This document shows, piece by piece, positions 39,541 through 49,899 of a stretch of DNA of 64,000 nt. Both the position numbers and the translations under genes were made by a program. Below the pieces are notes generated by a model. It was not told the DNA's origin, ran no database searches, and saw nothing but the letters and a program-made list of their open reading frames with translations. Origin of the DNA: Acidobacteriota bacterium. Its GTDB lineage: Bacteria > Acidobacteriota > UBA6911 > RPQK01 > JAJDTT01. How positions within the stretch are numbered: the stretch's first letter is position 1; each line of letters starts with the position of its first letter. Location: assembly GCA_965263035.1 (NCBI GenBank), contig OZ253580.1, forward strand, positions 1,728,001-1,792,000, written 5' to 3'.

Positions 39541-41520
39541 ATGGCTGAACTCCACCGACGGGACTTTGTCAAACTGGGTGCGGCCACGGCCGCCGGCGCC
39601 GGCGCACTGGTGAGCTGTTCAAGGGGAGCGAAGGAAAATGCGCCGCCAACAGCTTCCACCTATGAGGCCGACGTGCCGGACACGCTGGATTTGGCGGAGC
39701 GGGCCCGGCTCTCAGTCAATGCCTTGACCGGCGCGGTCGACCTCCAGCAGAACTGCGAGACCTTCCAGTGTCTGCACTTTGACACCAACCCACCTTATTT
39801 CACTCACAACACCGGAGGTCCGTGTCTGCCCAAGGCGATCCATGTTTTGCCGCTGATGCGCAAGATGAGTGGCAGTACGCTCCACGCCGATTATGACAGC
39901 AGGATGGTCGATGCCTTGCTTACGGACATCGACGAGAACGGTCTCTGGTGGCTCCGTTATGCCGGAAGGCCCTCTCGGGAGGGTTTTCCCAATTACGGAG
40001 AAGATGTTTACTGGCCCTTCCCCCATGCTCGGCTCATGGTCGCTTTGATGGCCTGGCACGAGTTTGACAACAACCCGAAGTGGCTCAAGGTCGGGAGGCA
40101 TTTGGCCGAGGGGCTGCAGAAGGTGGCGCAGCAGAACGAGCAACGTGCCTGGTTTACCAACAATAAGCCGACCTTCCTGGCTCGTGCGGCCATGGCGGAG
40201 GAATACGAAGATCTGGTTGCCATGGGTGAAGGGAAAAAGCCGACCGGGAAGGGTGGCTCCGGTCCGGCGGTCGAGGAGCCGGACAAAATCAATTTTCAGG
40301 TCATCGGCAATCCCTTGCGCGCGCTATCCCTATGGGCTGGTGTCAGCGGAGACGAGGAGGCGCTCGAACTGGCCCGGAAAACAGCGCGCTTTATGCTCAA
40401 GCCCACCATGTGGGGATCTTCCGACGGACCGACCATGATTGCGGGGCCGGAGCACGCTCATTGGGAAGGCCACTTCCATACTCGGACCACCGGTGTGATG
40501 GGAATGGTGGACTACGCCATCATTGCCAACGATTACGTGGCCAAGCATTTCGTGCGCCATTTCTATGAATACACCCGGAATGCCGGGATCGGCCGCATTG
40601 GGTTTTTTCCCGCGGTTCTAGGTCCCCTGGAGAAGATCCAACAGAACAACCGGCGGGCCTACGGGGGATCCGCTCAAGTGTGTGAGACCTGCTCGATCGG
40701 AGACATGGTCTATATCGCCTGCCGGCTCAGCCAAGCCGGAATCGGTGATTACTGGGACGATGTCGACCAGTACGTGCGAAATCATCTGGTCGAGAGTCAG
40801 TTGTTGCGTCGCGACCTGATCGAAGAAATCATTGAGACCGCCATCGAGCACACCCTCAACCCTGAGATCGAGTCCGGCGAGCGAGTCATCGAAAGAGGAC
40901 TGGGCGGTTTTGCTTCCGTCTCCGATCCAACCATGCTGCATGCCTGGTGGACGATGTGCTGTAATGCCAACGCCCCTGTGGGGCTCTACGAAGCCTGGAA
41001 TTCGATCGTCCAATACAACCAGGGTCTGGCCCAGGTGAATTTGCTCTTGAACCGGGCTTCGGCCTGGGTCGATATCGATAGTCACCTGCCCTACGAGGGC
41101 AAGGTGGGATTCAAAATCAAGACGGCAAAAAAGCTGAGTGTGCGCATTCCCACTTGGGCTGACAAGAGGGCGGTACGATGCCAGGTCAATCAGAAAAGCA
41201 TCTTGCCGGCATGGTCGGGTAATTATGTTTTGGTTGATCGATTGCAGCCTGGTGATGAAGTGACCCTGACTTTTCCCATGGTGGAGACCACGGAACATCA
41301 CACCGCGCCCACCTATGAGATTCAATACACCTGCCATTTCAAAGGGAATACCTTGGTTGACATTTCGCCGCGGCCGGACACATTCGCCTGGAAACTGATG
41401 GCCTCGGACGATGGCGCCAAGCTTCCTGTCAGGAGAGGGTACCCACTCTATTTGAGGGAGTTCTATAAAGGTGACAAAGCCCCGATGAAGAAGATTTCCC
41501 GCTATGTCCATCGGGTTTAG
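39541..41520 (+). CDS. Tat-exported GH127/GH146-like (alpha/alpha)6 hydrolase
   Basis: HRRDFVK Tat signal; CETC, CCNAN, SHLPYEG.V, VRIP.W, GD.V.L.FPM. Confidence 0.7.
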   Translation: MAELHRRDFVKLGAATAAGAGALVSCSRGAKENAPPTASTYEADVPDTLDLAERARLSVNALTGAVDLQQNCETFQCLHFDTNPPYFTHNTGGPCLPKAIHVLPLMRKMSGSTLHADYDSRMVDALLTDIDENGLWWLRYAGRPSREGFPNYGEDVYWPFPHARLMVALMAWHEFDNNPKWLKVGRHLAEGLQKVAQQNEQRAWFTNNKPTFLARAAMAEEYEDLVAMGEGKKPTGKGGSGPAVEEPDKINFQVIGNPLRALSLWAGVSGDEEALELARKTARFMLKPTMWGSSDGPTMIAGPEHAHWEGHFHTRTTGVMGMVDYAIIANDYVAKHFVRHFYEYTRNAGIGRIGFFPAVLGPLEKIQQNNRRAYGGSAQVCETCSIGDMVYIACRLSQAGIGDYWDDVDQYVRNHLVESQLLRRDLIEEIIETAIEHTLNPEIESGERVIERGLGGFASVSDPTMLHAWWTMCCNANAPVGLYEAWNSIVQYNQGLAQVNLLLNRASAWVDIDSHLPYEGKVGFKIKTAKKLSVRIPTWADKRAVRCQVNQKSILPAWSGNYVLVDRLQPGDEVTLTFPMVETTEHHTAPTYEIQYTCHFKGNTLVDISPRPDTFAWKLMASDDGAKLPVRRGYPLYLREFYKGDKAPMKKISRYVHRV

Positions 41521-41607
41521 CCGTGCGGACAAAAGTTTCGTCCTTGCCGGTTGCCGGCGCTGCCGAAGGACTTCACTGGTGCGGCAACTAAAATCTTGTA
41601 TCCTAAA

Positions 41608-41765
41608 CAGCCCGTGGCAAAAGTCCTCACGGCATTCGACCGTCCCTGCATCCCGGCGGACTGCGTTGCGACTCGGTCACATACTCCCGGTATGCTCCCT
41701 CATCGCGCCTTGTCCGGCGGGCGCAGGAACGGTCTCGGTGCTCGCGGGACTTTCACCACGGACTG
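41608..41765 (+). mobile_element. 158-bp MITE, copy 1
   Basis: Imperfect TIR CAGCCCGTGGCAAAAGTC / GACTTTCACCACGGACTG; near-identical inverted copy at 48896-49053. Confidence 0.8.
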
Positions 41766-41803
41766 TCAAGTGACATGGATTTTCATTTCTGGGGGATTTG
41801 GCG

Positions 41804-42697
41804 ATGACAGATGCAGCAGCCCCGATGCGATTCGGGAACGCAGCCTACGGCTTCCGGGAGTACGGCTTTCCGGAATTTTTCGAGGCTTGTAGCAGGATCG
41901 GCACGCCGGCGGTCGAGATTGACGCTGGATGGTTCAATGAAGGCGAAGCCGAAAACCGGGTTTCGTTGGACGCCACCGCCCAGGAACTCGACCAGGTGAA
42001 GGAATTGGCAACGGCGGCCGGCGTGAAGGTGACCGCGCTGGGAGGTGGGGCCGTGGTCGGCCTCGCAGGCGACGTCGCCGAAGATCGCTCCGCAGAGATC
42101 ATGAAGGCGGTCGACATTGCAGAGGTCCTGGGCGCGCAAGTGATTCGGGTATTCACTGAACACGATTTCACCCACTCCAAACACTACGTCCTGACACCTG
42201 ACCGGGTTACCGACGCGCTTTACGAAACGCTGGCCATTGCCTTCAACAAATTGGGCGATTATTTGAAGGGCAAAGGAATTCGTGTGGGAATCGAAAACCA
42301 TGGCGGCACCTCGGCCACCGGCGCCGGCCTCAAGAAGCTCTTGGACATGGTGCCTCACCAAGAAATAGGGGTGACCTACGACCCCGCCAACTATGCCTTT
42401 GGGGGAGAAGATCCTTTCCAGGCGTTGTTGGCGGTGCAGGATCGAGTCGTCTATACGCACTGGAAAGACGTCGCCCAAGCGCCTGACAAACCCAGGGGCG
42501 TTGAATACCGAGCCTTCGGAGAGGGTGAGATCGACTGGTCTCCCATCATACGCACGCTCTTGGACTCGTTTGACGGAATCTGGGCCATTGAGTACGAGCG
42601 CAAGGAGGCCAGTACGCTGGAGAATCTTGCCGAAGGCACGCGAAGATCGAAGCAGAATCTTGCAACGATCATCGAGCAGGTCAGGAACGCTTCATGA
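41804..42697 (+). CDS. Sugar phosphate isomerase/epimerase (xylose isomerase-like TIM barrel)
   Basis: GIENHG, YDPAN, HWKD, GEGEIDW, AIEYE. Confidence 0.88.
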   Translation: MTDAAAPMRFGNAAYGFREYGFPEFFEACSRIGTPAVEIDAGWFNEGEAENRVSLDATAQELDQVKELATAAGVKVTALGGGAVVGLAGDVAEDRSAEIMKAVDIAEVLGAQVIRVFTEHDFTHSKHYVLTPDRVTDALYETLAIAFNKLGDYLKGKGIRVGIENHGGTSATGAGLKKLLDMVPHQEIGVTYDPANYAFGGEDPFQALLAVQDRVVYTHWKDVAQAPDKPRGVEYRAFGEGEIDWSPIIRTLLDSFDGIWAIEYERKEASTLENLAEGTRRSKQNLATIIEQVRNAS

Positions 42698-44379
42698 TTC
42701 GGGTCCGAAACTTCACTCACGTTGCCATCAGCGTCCCCAACGTCGAGGAGACCGTCGAATTCTACGAAAAAATTGTCGGGCTCGAGACGAGCGGCCGCGA
42801 CAACGGTGCCGTCTTTTTGCGCTGTAACCGCAACCACCACTGCCTGGCTATTTATCCTGGCGATCGGGCCCTGCATCACCTCGGATTGGAAGTTTCCGGT
42901 GAGCCGGCTTTGGAGCAGGCCGAGCACGAGCTGGCGGCACAAGGCTTCCGCCCCCAGCCCCGGGACTACTCCGAACCAGGTCACGGATCCGGCCTTTGTT
43001 ACCGCGATCCCGACGGAAACAGGGTGGAACTCTACGCAGGAATGCAAACCCTGGATCAACCGTTGGAACCGCGTGAAGTCCGGCCGGTTGGTTTCGGCCA
43101 TATCACGCTCATGACCGCCGACCTTCCGCGTTGCGCCGCGTTTTATACGGATGTTCTCGGATTTCGGATTTCGGACACCGTGGACGACTCAGCCATCTGG
43201 ATGCGGTGCAACCAGCAGCACCACGGTGTCGCCATCCTCCAAACCGGTCAGACCAAGGTGAACCACTATGCCTATGACCTGGCCGACTGGAGCGAACTGA
43301 AAAAGATCTGTGATCATCTTTGGAAGAATGACGTTCCCATCATCTATGGCCCCGGTCGTCACGGTCCCGGGCACAACATCTTCATTTACATCCCTGACCC
43401 CGCCGGAAATGTGATCGAACTGACCTTGGAGGTCGACCAGATCTGGGATGAAGAAACCTACCGGCCCCTGAATTGGACCAACGAACCCAAAACCGTCGAT
43501 GTCTGGAGAGCACTCCCACAGCCTCCCTACATGCTGGAAGGGGAAGGCCGTGATTTTACGGATTGGTCGACCGGCTCCCCTCTGATCGGACGAGGCTGGA
43601 GCATTCCCCAAGTGGACGGCCACGAGCTGCTCGATCCAACCGCCACCGTGACCCCTCCTAGGTCGGAAACGCCCGAGCTGAAAATCGAGATCCCTGCCTT
43701 TACGCTCAAGTTCGATAATCCTCTCGACCACGTGAAAGCCATGTTTGTGAGCGATCGGCGCTATCCCACGGGCGAAGGTCTTTCCGTTTCCGTAGACCTC
43801 TGCGTTGAGGTGAATGGGACCGAAGGCAACCCCTTCGGCGCGGATCCGGATAATCCCAAGTTGGCAAACGGGGCCATCGCGTTGATTGACAACACCACCG
43901 GGGTGGTCTTGAACTTCGGGGCATCAAATCGACGTATCCTGGCGTTACGCGAACACTTCCAGGTGAAATCACCCACGGGCAAAGACTCGACTCTGCCCAT
44001 GGTCGATCCGCTCCTGACCGACCTGACGATTGAGCCCGGTTCGTGGCATCGTTACGAAATTCGTTATCAGCCGGGAGAGGATGGCTGGTTGGAAGCTGCT
44101 CCCGACCACGCCCAATGGCTGGTGGACGGCCGGATCGTTCGCGAAGTCAATTGGGTCGCCACCATCGACCAGCCCTCGGCTCCAATCGTTCTACCCGCTC
44201 GGTTCCGGGTCATCATGGCCATTTTCACCTTGCTGGACGATCTTCCCGACGGGAGGGGAGGCGTTGTGCCGGGACTCGATTCCCAATACCGGCACTCACT
44301 CTTTGGACAAGGTGTCACGGCTCGTTGGCGCAATTTGAAGGTCCTGACTTCCAGTCAAGCCGAGCACATCAAGACGTGA
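42694..44379 (+). CDS. VOC / extradiol dioxygenase-like protein fused to an extra ~270-aa C-terminal domain
   Basis: FGHITL, QHHGVA, GPGRHGPGHNIFIY..DPAGN.IE; C-domain DHVK...NPFG...DNTTGVVLNF. Confidence 0.8.
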   Translation: MIRVRNFTHVAISVPNVEETVEFYEKIVGLETSGRDNGAVFLRCNRNHHCLAIYPGDRALHHLGLEVSGEPALEQAEHELAAQGFRPQPRDYSEPGHGSGLCYRDPDGNRVELYAGMQTLDQPLEPREVRPVGFGHITLMTADLPRCAAFYTDVLGFRISDTVDDSAIWMRCNQQHHGVAILQTGQTKVNHYAYDLADWSELKKICDHLWKNDVPIIYGPGRHGPGHNIFIYIPDPAGNVIELTLEVDQIWDEETYRPLNWTNEPKTVDVWRALPQPPYMLEGEGRDFTDWSTGSPLIGRGWSIPQVDGHELLDPTATVTPPRSETPELKIEIPAFTLKFDNPLDHVKAMFVSDRRYPTGEGLSVSVDLCVEVNGTEGNPFGADPDNPKLANGAIALIDNTTGVVLNFGASNRRILALREHFQVKSPTGKDSTLPMVDPLLTDLTIEPGSWHRYEIRYQPGEDGWLEAAPDHAQWLVDGRIVREVNWVATIDQPSAPIVLPARFRVIMAIFTLLDDLPDGRGGVVPGLDSQYRHSLFGQGVTARWRNLKVLTSSQAEHIKT

Positions 44380-44543
44380 GCGACAGACGCGAAATCGACA
44401 ACCGAAAAGCAAGTCTCATCACGGAATTCTAACGTCCAGCCGGCCAGTTCTTTACACCTCCCTGATCGTTTTCATGATGGTTTGCGCCGGAAATATCCCA
44501 TTTATCTGGGCGGGACGGGTGAAAAACTGGATCCCTGATCTGC

Positions 44544-44933
44544 TTGTATCGGAATAAGAATTCAGGGCGGATTTCGGTGCGGATTCCCTTCTGGGTCAAC
44601 AGCAAAGAGGTCCGCAGATGGGTTTCGGGGAAGGAACTTTCAGCGGTCCGGATCGCCAACTTCCTGATGTTTGAGGACCCCAAACCGGGTGACAAGATCC
44701 GTCTTCAGTTCCCAATTCGGGAAGACAGCGCCGAATATACGGCTAATTCCAGGACCGAAAAGGAGCAAACCTACAAGTGCACCTTTCGAGGCAGCACTCT
44801 GGTGGACGTTTCGACTCGAGACTCTTCACCGACCAGCTACCCTCTTTACTTGCGTCAGCACCTGAGAAAAGACAAAGCACCTATTAAAAAGGTTTCGCGT
44901 TTCCTGGCCGAAAAGAAGGCTTTGCAATGGTGA
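44544..44933 (+). pseudogene. C-terminal fragment of a paralog of 39541..41520
   Basis: SVRIPFWV...KPGDKIRLQFP...YKCTFRGSTLVDVS...YPLYLR...DKAPIKKVSRF parallels the C-terminus of the intact gene. Confidence 0.75.
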
Positions 44934-45158
44934 TTGCCGGGACACCGGACTGTGGCAAGGGCCTTCAATCTTGACCAATCCCCCAAACTGAGAAGATTGC
45001 AGCGGTTTGAAATCCAGGCTCTGAAGGCCGCTCGATATTTTCCCGGTAGACGATTGAGTGAAACGGTGTCCGACGATCTTGGCAGGCTGCCAAAGCCCCA
45101 GGAAAGGCCCTCTCAATCCAAAAGGATCAGGCCGTTTGGCCCTCTTAGCTCTATACTG

Positions 45159-45938
45159 TTACCTTTGACTGATATGCCCCCTCAGGCGGGCGGCTGAGGT
45201 GTCGATCGCACGCGCCAAATGCGCCCAATCCACGCCCATAAGCACCCATTGGATTCCCTTTTCTGTCCACTCCATAAGCGCTTCAGGATCATCGGCCAGA
45301 CCGATACCGGGAAAGACGCCGGCTTGATGTGCCTTGGTAACGACCGTTTCAACGGCGCTCTGCACCTCCGGGTGTTGAGGATTTCCCATATATCCCATTG
45401 AACCGGCCAAATCGTTGGCACCAATCATGATCGCGGTGAGTCCCGGCACGCGAACGATTTCGTCGATGACGTTGACAGCGTCTATGTGCTCGATTTGCAC
45501 TATACAAACGATTTCCTCGTTGGCTCGCCGGCAGTACTCTGCGTCCCCGATGCGACCGTATCGAATCGGACGTCGTGGACCGAATCCCCGCTCTCCCTCT
45601 GGAGGATACAAGCATGCAGAGACGGCAAGCTGAACGTCTTCGACCGAGCGGACGAGCGGGACCACAATGCCGTCTGCCCCAATGTCCAACACCGGCTTGA
45701 TCAAGACGGCATCATTCGATGCAACACGCACCAACGCCGCGGCGTCGCTACCCTTTGTCGCCATGATGTGAGCCTGAACTGTTTCCAAGGAATGGGCATT
45801 GTGCTCCATGTCGATGAAGGCAAAATCGAGTGTGTGAGAGATTAACTCGGTCACGGTTGGATCCGAAAAGCTCACTCCGCAACCAAGCGGGATTTGCCCA
45901 CTTTCCAGCTTGGCCCTGAACTTGTTAGCGTTCTCCAT
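45159..45938 (-). CDS. HpcH/HpaI aldolase family
   Basis: IDMEH, VRV, LDIGADGIVVP, YPPEGERGFG, QIE, IGANDL. Confidence 0.92.
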   Translation of the reverse strand: MENANKFRAKLESGQIPLGCGVSFSDPTVTELISHTLDFAFIDMEHNAHSLETVQAHIMATKGSDAAALVRVASNDAVLIKPVLDIGADGIVVPLVRSVEDVQLAVSACLYPPEGERGFGPRRPIRYGRIGDAEYCRRANEEIVCIVQIEHIDAVNVIDEIVRVPGLTAIMIGANDLAGSMGYMGNPQHPEVQSAVETVVTKAHQAGVFPGIGLADDPEALMEWTEKGIQWVLMGVDWAHLARAIDTSAARLRGHISQR

Positions 45939-46053
45939 CAACACCCCTTTCTTGGATTGCTTGAAAGCTGTTGCGTCGATTGACAACTAACGGTTGAATT
46001 ACCGCTTAGCCGTTTCGGAACAGGCGTTGGGATGGTCAAAATTAATTCAACCA

Positions 46054-46941
46054 CTATCCGATTCCAATCGATCTCAAGTATTCCCGGTTTCGTTTGGCGA
46101 TTGGCAATGGTTTGTCGAACGGCACAGGATACATGTCTTGTTCAACAATTGCCCATCCGTCAAATTCGATTTCCTGCAACAAATCTCGAAAGGCAATGTA
46201 ATCCACCAATCCCTTTGAGAGTTCACAGAACATGCCCATCTCGACAGCATGAACGAACGCTATTTCCTCAGCCACCACTTGCTGGCGAAGTTCAGGGTCC
46301 ACACTCTTTAGATGAAGGTAAGGAATCCTCTCGTGATGCCGGCGCACGAAGGCGACCGGATCCACCCCGCGGTAGGCCAAATGACCAATATCCTGACCAA
46401 GGGAGACCACCTCGGGGTCAGTATCTTCCAGTAACTTCTCAATCTGATCTTCAAAGGCAACGTGGGAATCGGGGCTGGAATGATAAACCAACTGGAGATC
46501 GAATTTTTCCCGCACCATGATTGCCGCCCTGTGGGTGGTATCGATCAGGCGCTTCCACGCATCCTCATCCAATCGTTCGGGCTTGATTCGTTCGCCGGTA
46601 AACCAATCAGTGTGCAGGTCATCGATCAAGACAAGAAATTGCGCTCCTAGTCCCGCCAGCAACTCTCCTACTCCCAAAAGCTGCGACTCCAACCCCGGCC
46701 ATGCTTCCGGGTCTTCCAGATGAGCCATTAGAAAAGTGCCCGAGACCTTCAAATTACGCCGGCTCAATTGCCGGCGTAAGACGTTGAGATCTTGCGGAAA
46801 ATAACCATAAGGACCCAGTTCGATCCACTCATAGCCGGCCTCCGCCACCTCGTCAAGAAACCTCCGCCAGGGGATTTGTCTTGGATCTTCCCCAAACCAC
46901 ACACCCCAGGAATCCGGGCAGCTACCCACCTTGACGTTCAT
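46054..46941 (-). CDS. IolE-like 2-keto-myo-inositol dehydratase / TIM-barrel sugar isomerase
   Basis: PDSWGVWF, ELGPYGY, DIGHL, YLHLK, WAIVEQDMYP. Confidence 0.85.
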   Translation of the reverse strand: MNVKVGSCPDSWGVWFGEDPRQIPWRRFLDEVAEAGYEWIELGPYGYFPQDLNVLRRQLSRRNLKVSGTFLMAHLEDPEAWPGLESQLLGVGELLAGLGAQFLVLIDDLHTDWFTGERIKPERLDEDAWKRLIDTTHRAAIMVREKFDLQLVYHSSPDSHVAFEDQIEKLLEDTDPEVVSLGQDIGHLAYRGVDPVAFVRRHHERIPYLHLKSVDPELRQQVVAEEIAFVHAVEMGMFCELSKGLVDYIAFRDLLQEIEFDGWAIVEQDMYPVPFDKPLPIAKRNREYLRSIGIG

Positions 46942-47548
46942 TGTTGGAATCTCCTATTGGTCAATGGTCTGTCAGCCGTGCAATCCTAAAATGAACTGGC
47001 TCCCCTGCCCTCTTGGTCCATTGGCGGCGATCTTCCGGTTTGACCTGGTGGACAATGGGACCGAGGGACCCTCTCAGCTATCTTCCAAAGAGTTTGTCTT
47101 TGGCATCCTGCGCCGTCTCGGCCACTTGCGTGGCACCCCGGAAAAAACCAATTGCCAAAAAATCCAGCCTCCGAAAATTGATGGGTTTCCGAGCCGACGC
47201 TGACGGGCCACAATATCGGAGAGTAGACAGGCTGGCAAGTTGCCCAGGAATCGCTTTGATACATTCGTCAAGAAGGTCAATGTTGGGGAGGTAAAGCTAC
47301 GTCTTCCTGGACCAAATTGTCGATCTCTGCCGCCAGACGGGCCAGTTCCTGCTCCTTTTCAGCCTGTGCCGCCGCCAAGCGTCCTCGTTCCTCTTCGAGG
47401 ATTTCCTCAATGCCCTTCTCGGCCCATTCGTAACCGCGAGTCTCTTGCAGGTATGGCGTGTATTCGCTCCAAATGAGTTCTGGATCGCTCGGCAGCCGGA
47501 GAATCCAGAATAGCGGCTCTGGCATAAGCAGCCAGGGCGGCCCGCGAA

Positions 47549-47995
47549 TTGCGAACGACTGCCGAGGCGGGAGCGGCCCTGCAACTGTCAGAAGTGAGCC
47601 GGGGAGCAGCCTTTGGCGACATTGACAACGACGGTGACGTGGACATTCTGATCACCAACAACAACGGACCGGTGCGGTTGCTGTTGAATGAGATCGGGTC
47701 GCGACATCACTGGCTACAGGTTCAACTGGAGGGGGTGCAAAGCAACCGCTACGGGGTAGGAGCCCGGGTGGGAGTGCAGCGCCAGGGTAAGAGAACGCTA
47801 TGGCGTCGCGCGCATACCGACGGCAGCTATTTGAACGCCAACGACCATCGGGTGCACTTTGGCTTGGGCCGAGACCAGGAGGTCAAGGCAGTCATCGTCC
47901 ACTGGCTCAGCGGCAGCAGCGAGATCTGGGAAGGGGTGGAAGCTGACCGGCTCGTCACCCTCCAAGAAGGCTCCGGAATACCGTGGAAGCCGTAG
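47549..47995 (+). pseudogene. ASPIC/UnbV (CRTAC1-family) C-terminal fragment
   Basis: SRGAAFGDIDNDGDVD, SNRYGVGARV, GSYL...RVHFGLG; N-terminal FG-GAP repeats missing. Confidence 0.75.
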
Positions 47996-48136
47996 CGGAC
48001 CAGGATTCCCCAAAAAGCGACGTTGGAGCCCCCGGTCATCTTTCAAAAAATCTGGAAATAGGGAGGAACTATTAGTGACAATAGGAGTTCTCGTGCAGAG
48101 ATCCGAAAAAGCCATTGACGCTCGAAGGAGGTTCTC

Positions 48137-48895
48137 ATGGCAGCCAGTCTCGACAACCGAATTGCTTTGGTAACGGGCGGAGCCTCGGGGATTGGCCGAG
48201 CCACCTGTCTACTGCTTGCTCGGGAAGGCGCCAAAGTGGTTGTGGCGGACGTACAGCAGGATAAAGCGAGCGAAACCGTCCAGTTGGTCAAAGCTGCCGG
48301 TGGGGAGGCGATGTCCGTAGCCTGTGATGTGACGAAAGCCGGTGAAGTCGAGGGGTTGGTCCAAGCATGCGTGAGCCGGCATGGCCGGCTGGATTGCGGT
48401 ATTAACGTCGCCGGCATTTTGGGAGAAATGGGCAAGATCCACGAGTGTACCGAGGACAACTACGATCGTGTGATGGCAACCAACACCAAGGGCATATGGC
48501 TGTGCATGAAATATGAAATTATCCAGATGCTTGCGCAGGGGTCGGGAGTGATCGTGAACATCGCCTCTGTCGCTGGTGAGGCGGGAACCCCCGACTTGGC
48601 GGTTTATGGAGCGTCCAAGGTGGCTGTCAGTATGCTGACACGGGCGGCAGCGGTCGACCTGGTCGCCAGGAATATTCGTGTGAACGCCATTAATCCCGGA
48701 TTCGTCCAGACTGCAATGGTCGACCAGCAGGAAGCGGACTATCCCGAAAAGGTAAAGGAATATCAAGAAGGTCTTAGAATCGGTCGCATGGGACGTCCCG
48801 AGGAAATCGCCGAGGCGGTCGTGTGGTTGTGTTCGGACAAAGCCTCTTTCGTCGCCGGCCAAGCGATGAACGTCGACGGAGCGGCTCTGGCCTAA
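48137..48895 (+). CDS. SDR oxidoreductase
   Basis: TGGASGIG, YGASK, IRVNAINPG. Confidence 0.93.
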   Translation: MAASLDNRIALVTGGASGIGRATCLLLAREGAKVVVADVQQDKASETVQLVKAAGGEAMSVACDVTKAGEVEGLVQACVSRHGRLDCGINVAGILGEMGKIHECTEDNYDRVMATNTKGIWLCMKYEIIQMLAQGSGVIVNIASVAGEAGTPDLAVYGASKVAVSMLTRAAAVDLVARNIRVNAINPGFVQTAMVDQQEADYPEKVKEYQEGLRIGRMGRPEEIAEAVVWLCSDKASFVAGQAMNVDGAALA

Positions 48896-49053
48896 CAGTC
48901 CGTGGTGAAAGTCCCGCGAGCACCGAGACCGTTCCTGCGCCCGGCGGACAAGGCGCGATGAGGGAGCATACCGGGAGTATGTGAGCCGATAGCAACGCAG
49001 TCCGCCGGGATGCAGGGACGGTCGAATGCCGTGACGACTTTTGCCACGGGCTG
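48896..49053 (-). mobile_element. 158-bp MITE, copy 2 (inverted)
   Basis: Reverse complement of 41608-41765; flanked by CTAA on both sides. Confidence 0.8.
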
Positions 49054-49179
49054 CTAACCTGCACTTCTCACCAGAGAAACAATTATCGGTTTGTTTAGCA
49101 GCATTTCAGTAGTTCTTTCTCCATTGGTCTCCAAGCGGTTTCTTGCGAGCTCGAACGGGACGACGATGGCCGAAATCCG

Positions 49180-49529
49180 TCGATCTCGGGAGCCTGATCG
49201 TCCTCCATGGCCAGCAGAAACGTCCCCGAGAAAGTCCGGCTTGGATCGGGCGTCTGCTGAAAAGCGTTGCGGATCGAGCAGATCTCCGAGTCATCGGCAT
49301 CCCGTTCCGCCAAATAGTCGACAAGACGCCAAGTGCCATGTTTCCACTCCCGGAAAAGGGCGGACTGGGGCTCCGACCGGTCCAGGTCGCTCAGATAGAT
49401 GGCTTCCGCAGAATCGGCTTCCGTTTGTTCAGCGGTCGGCTTGGTCGCGGGGTCGTCGACTCCGTTATCCGAGCAGGACGCAATCGGAACCAGCGTCAAG
49501 ACCGGCAGGGATCTGTTCCGTGAATTCAT
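49180..49529 (-). pseudogene. 5' fragment of a paralog of the GH-like gene 29553..31439
   Basis: EAIYLSDLDRSEPQS...EWKHG.WR.VDY...QTPDPSRTFSGT.LLAM shared; truncated after APEI. Confidence 0.85.
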
Positions 49530-49899
49530 AAATGAAGGTCCGCTCGATCATGCCGTACGGCGTTCAAAAACACCCAGGATTCGATAGCGAACGATTACGG
49601 ACTTGCACCAGGACCAATTCTCCTGGCCGGGTGAAGGCCAGTGATCATTTTGCGAGCCTATTAGCAGGCGGACGCGGTGGTCGCGAACTCACCGGCCGGG
49701 TCCTTGCGACGTCCTCCAAGTCCGAGCGACTCCACGCGCCAGGCTCTCGCAATCCTTGAATGGGACCCTTGGGGACCGTACTCTGCTGGCAATGACCGTC
49801 CCGCATTTGCTGTCTGAGACTGTTCTGAAGCTGATTCTTCCGGTCAGGAAAGCGATCCGATGCCTGATGCCGGCAATGGAGTTCGTTACCAAGAGAAGT

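Noticed and set aside
46990-47525. Short minus-strand ORFs between the IolE-like gene and the ASPIC fragment
   Set aside because: No recognisable family; probably decayed fragments
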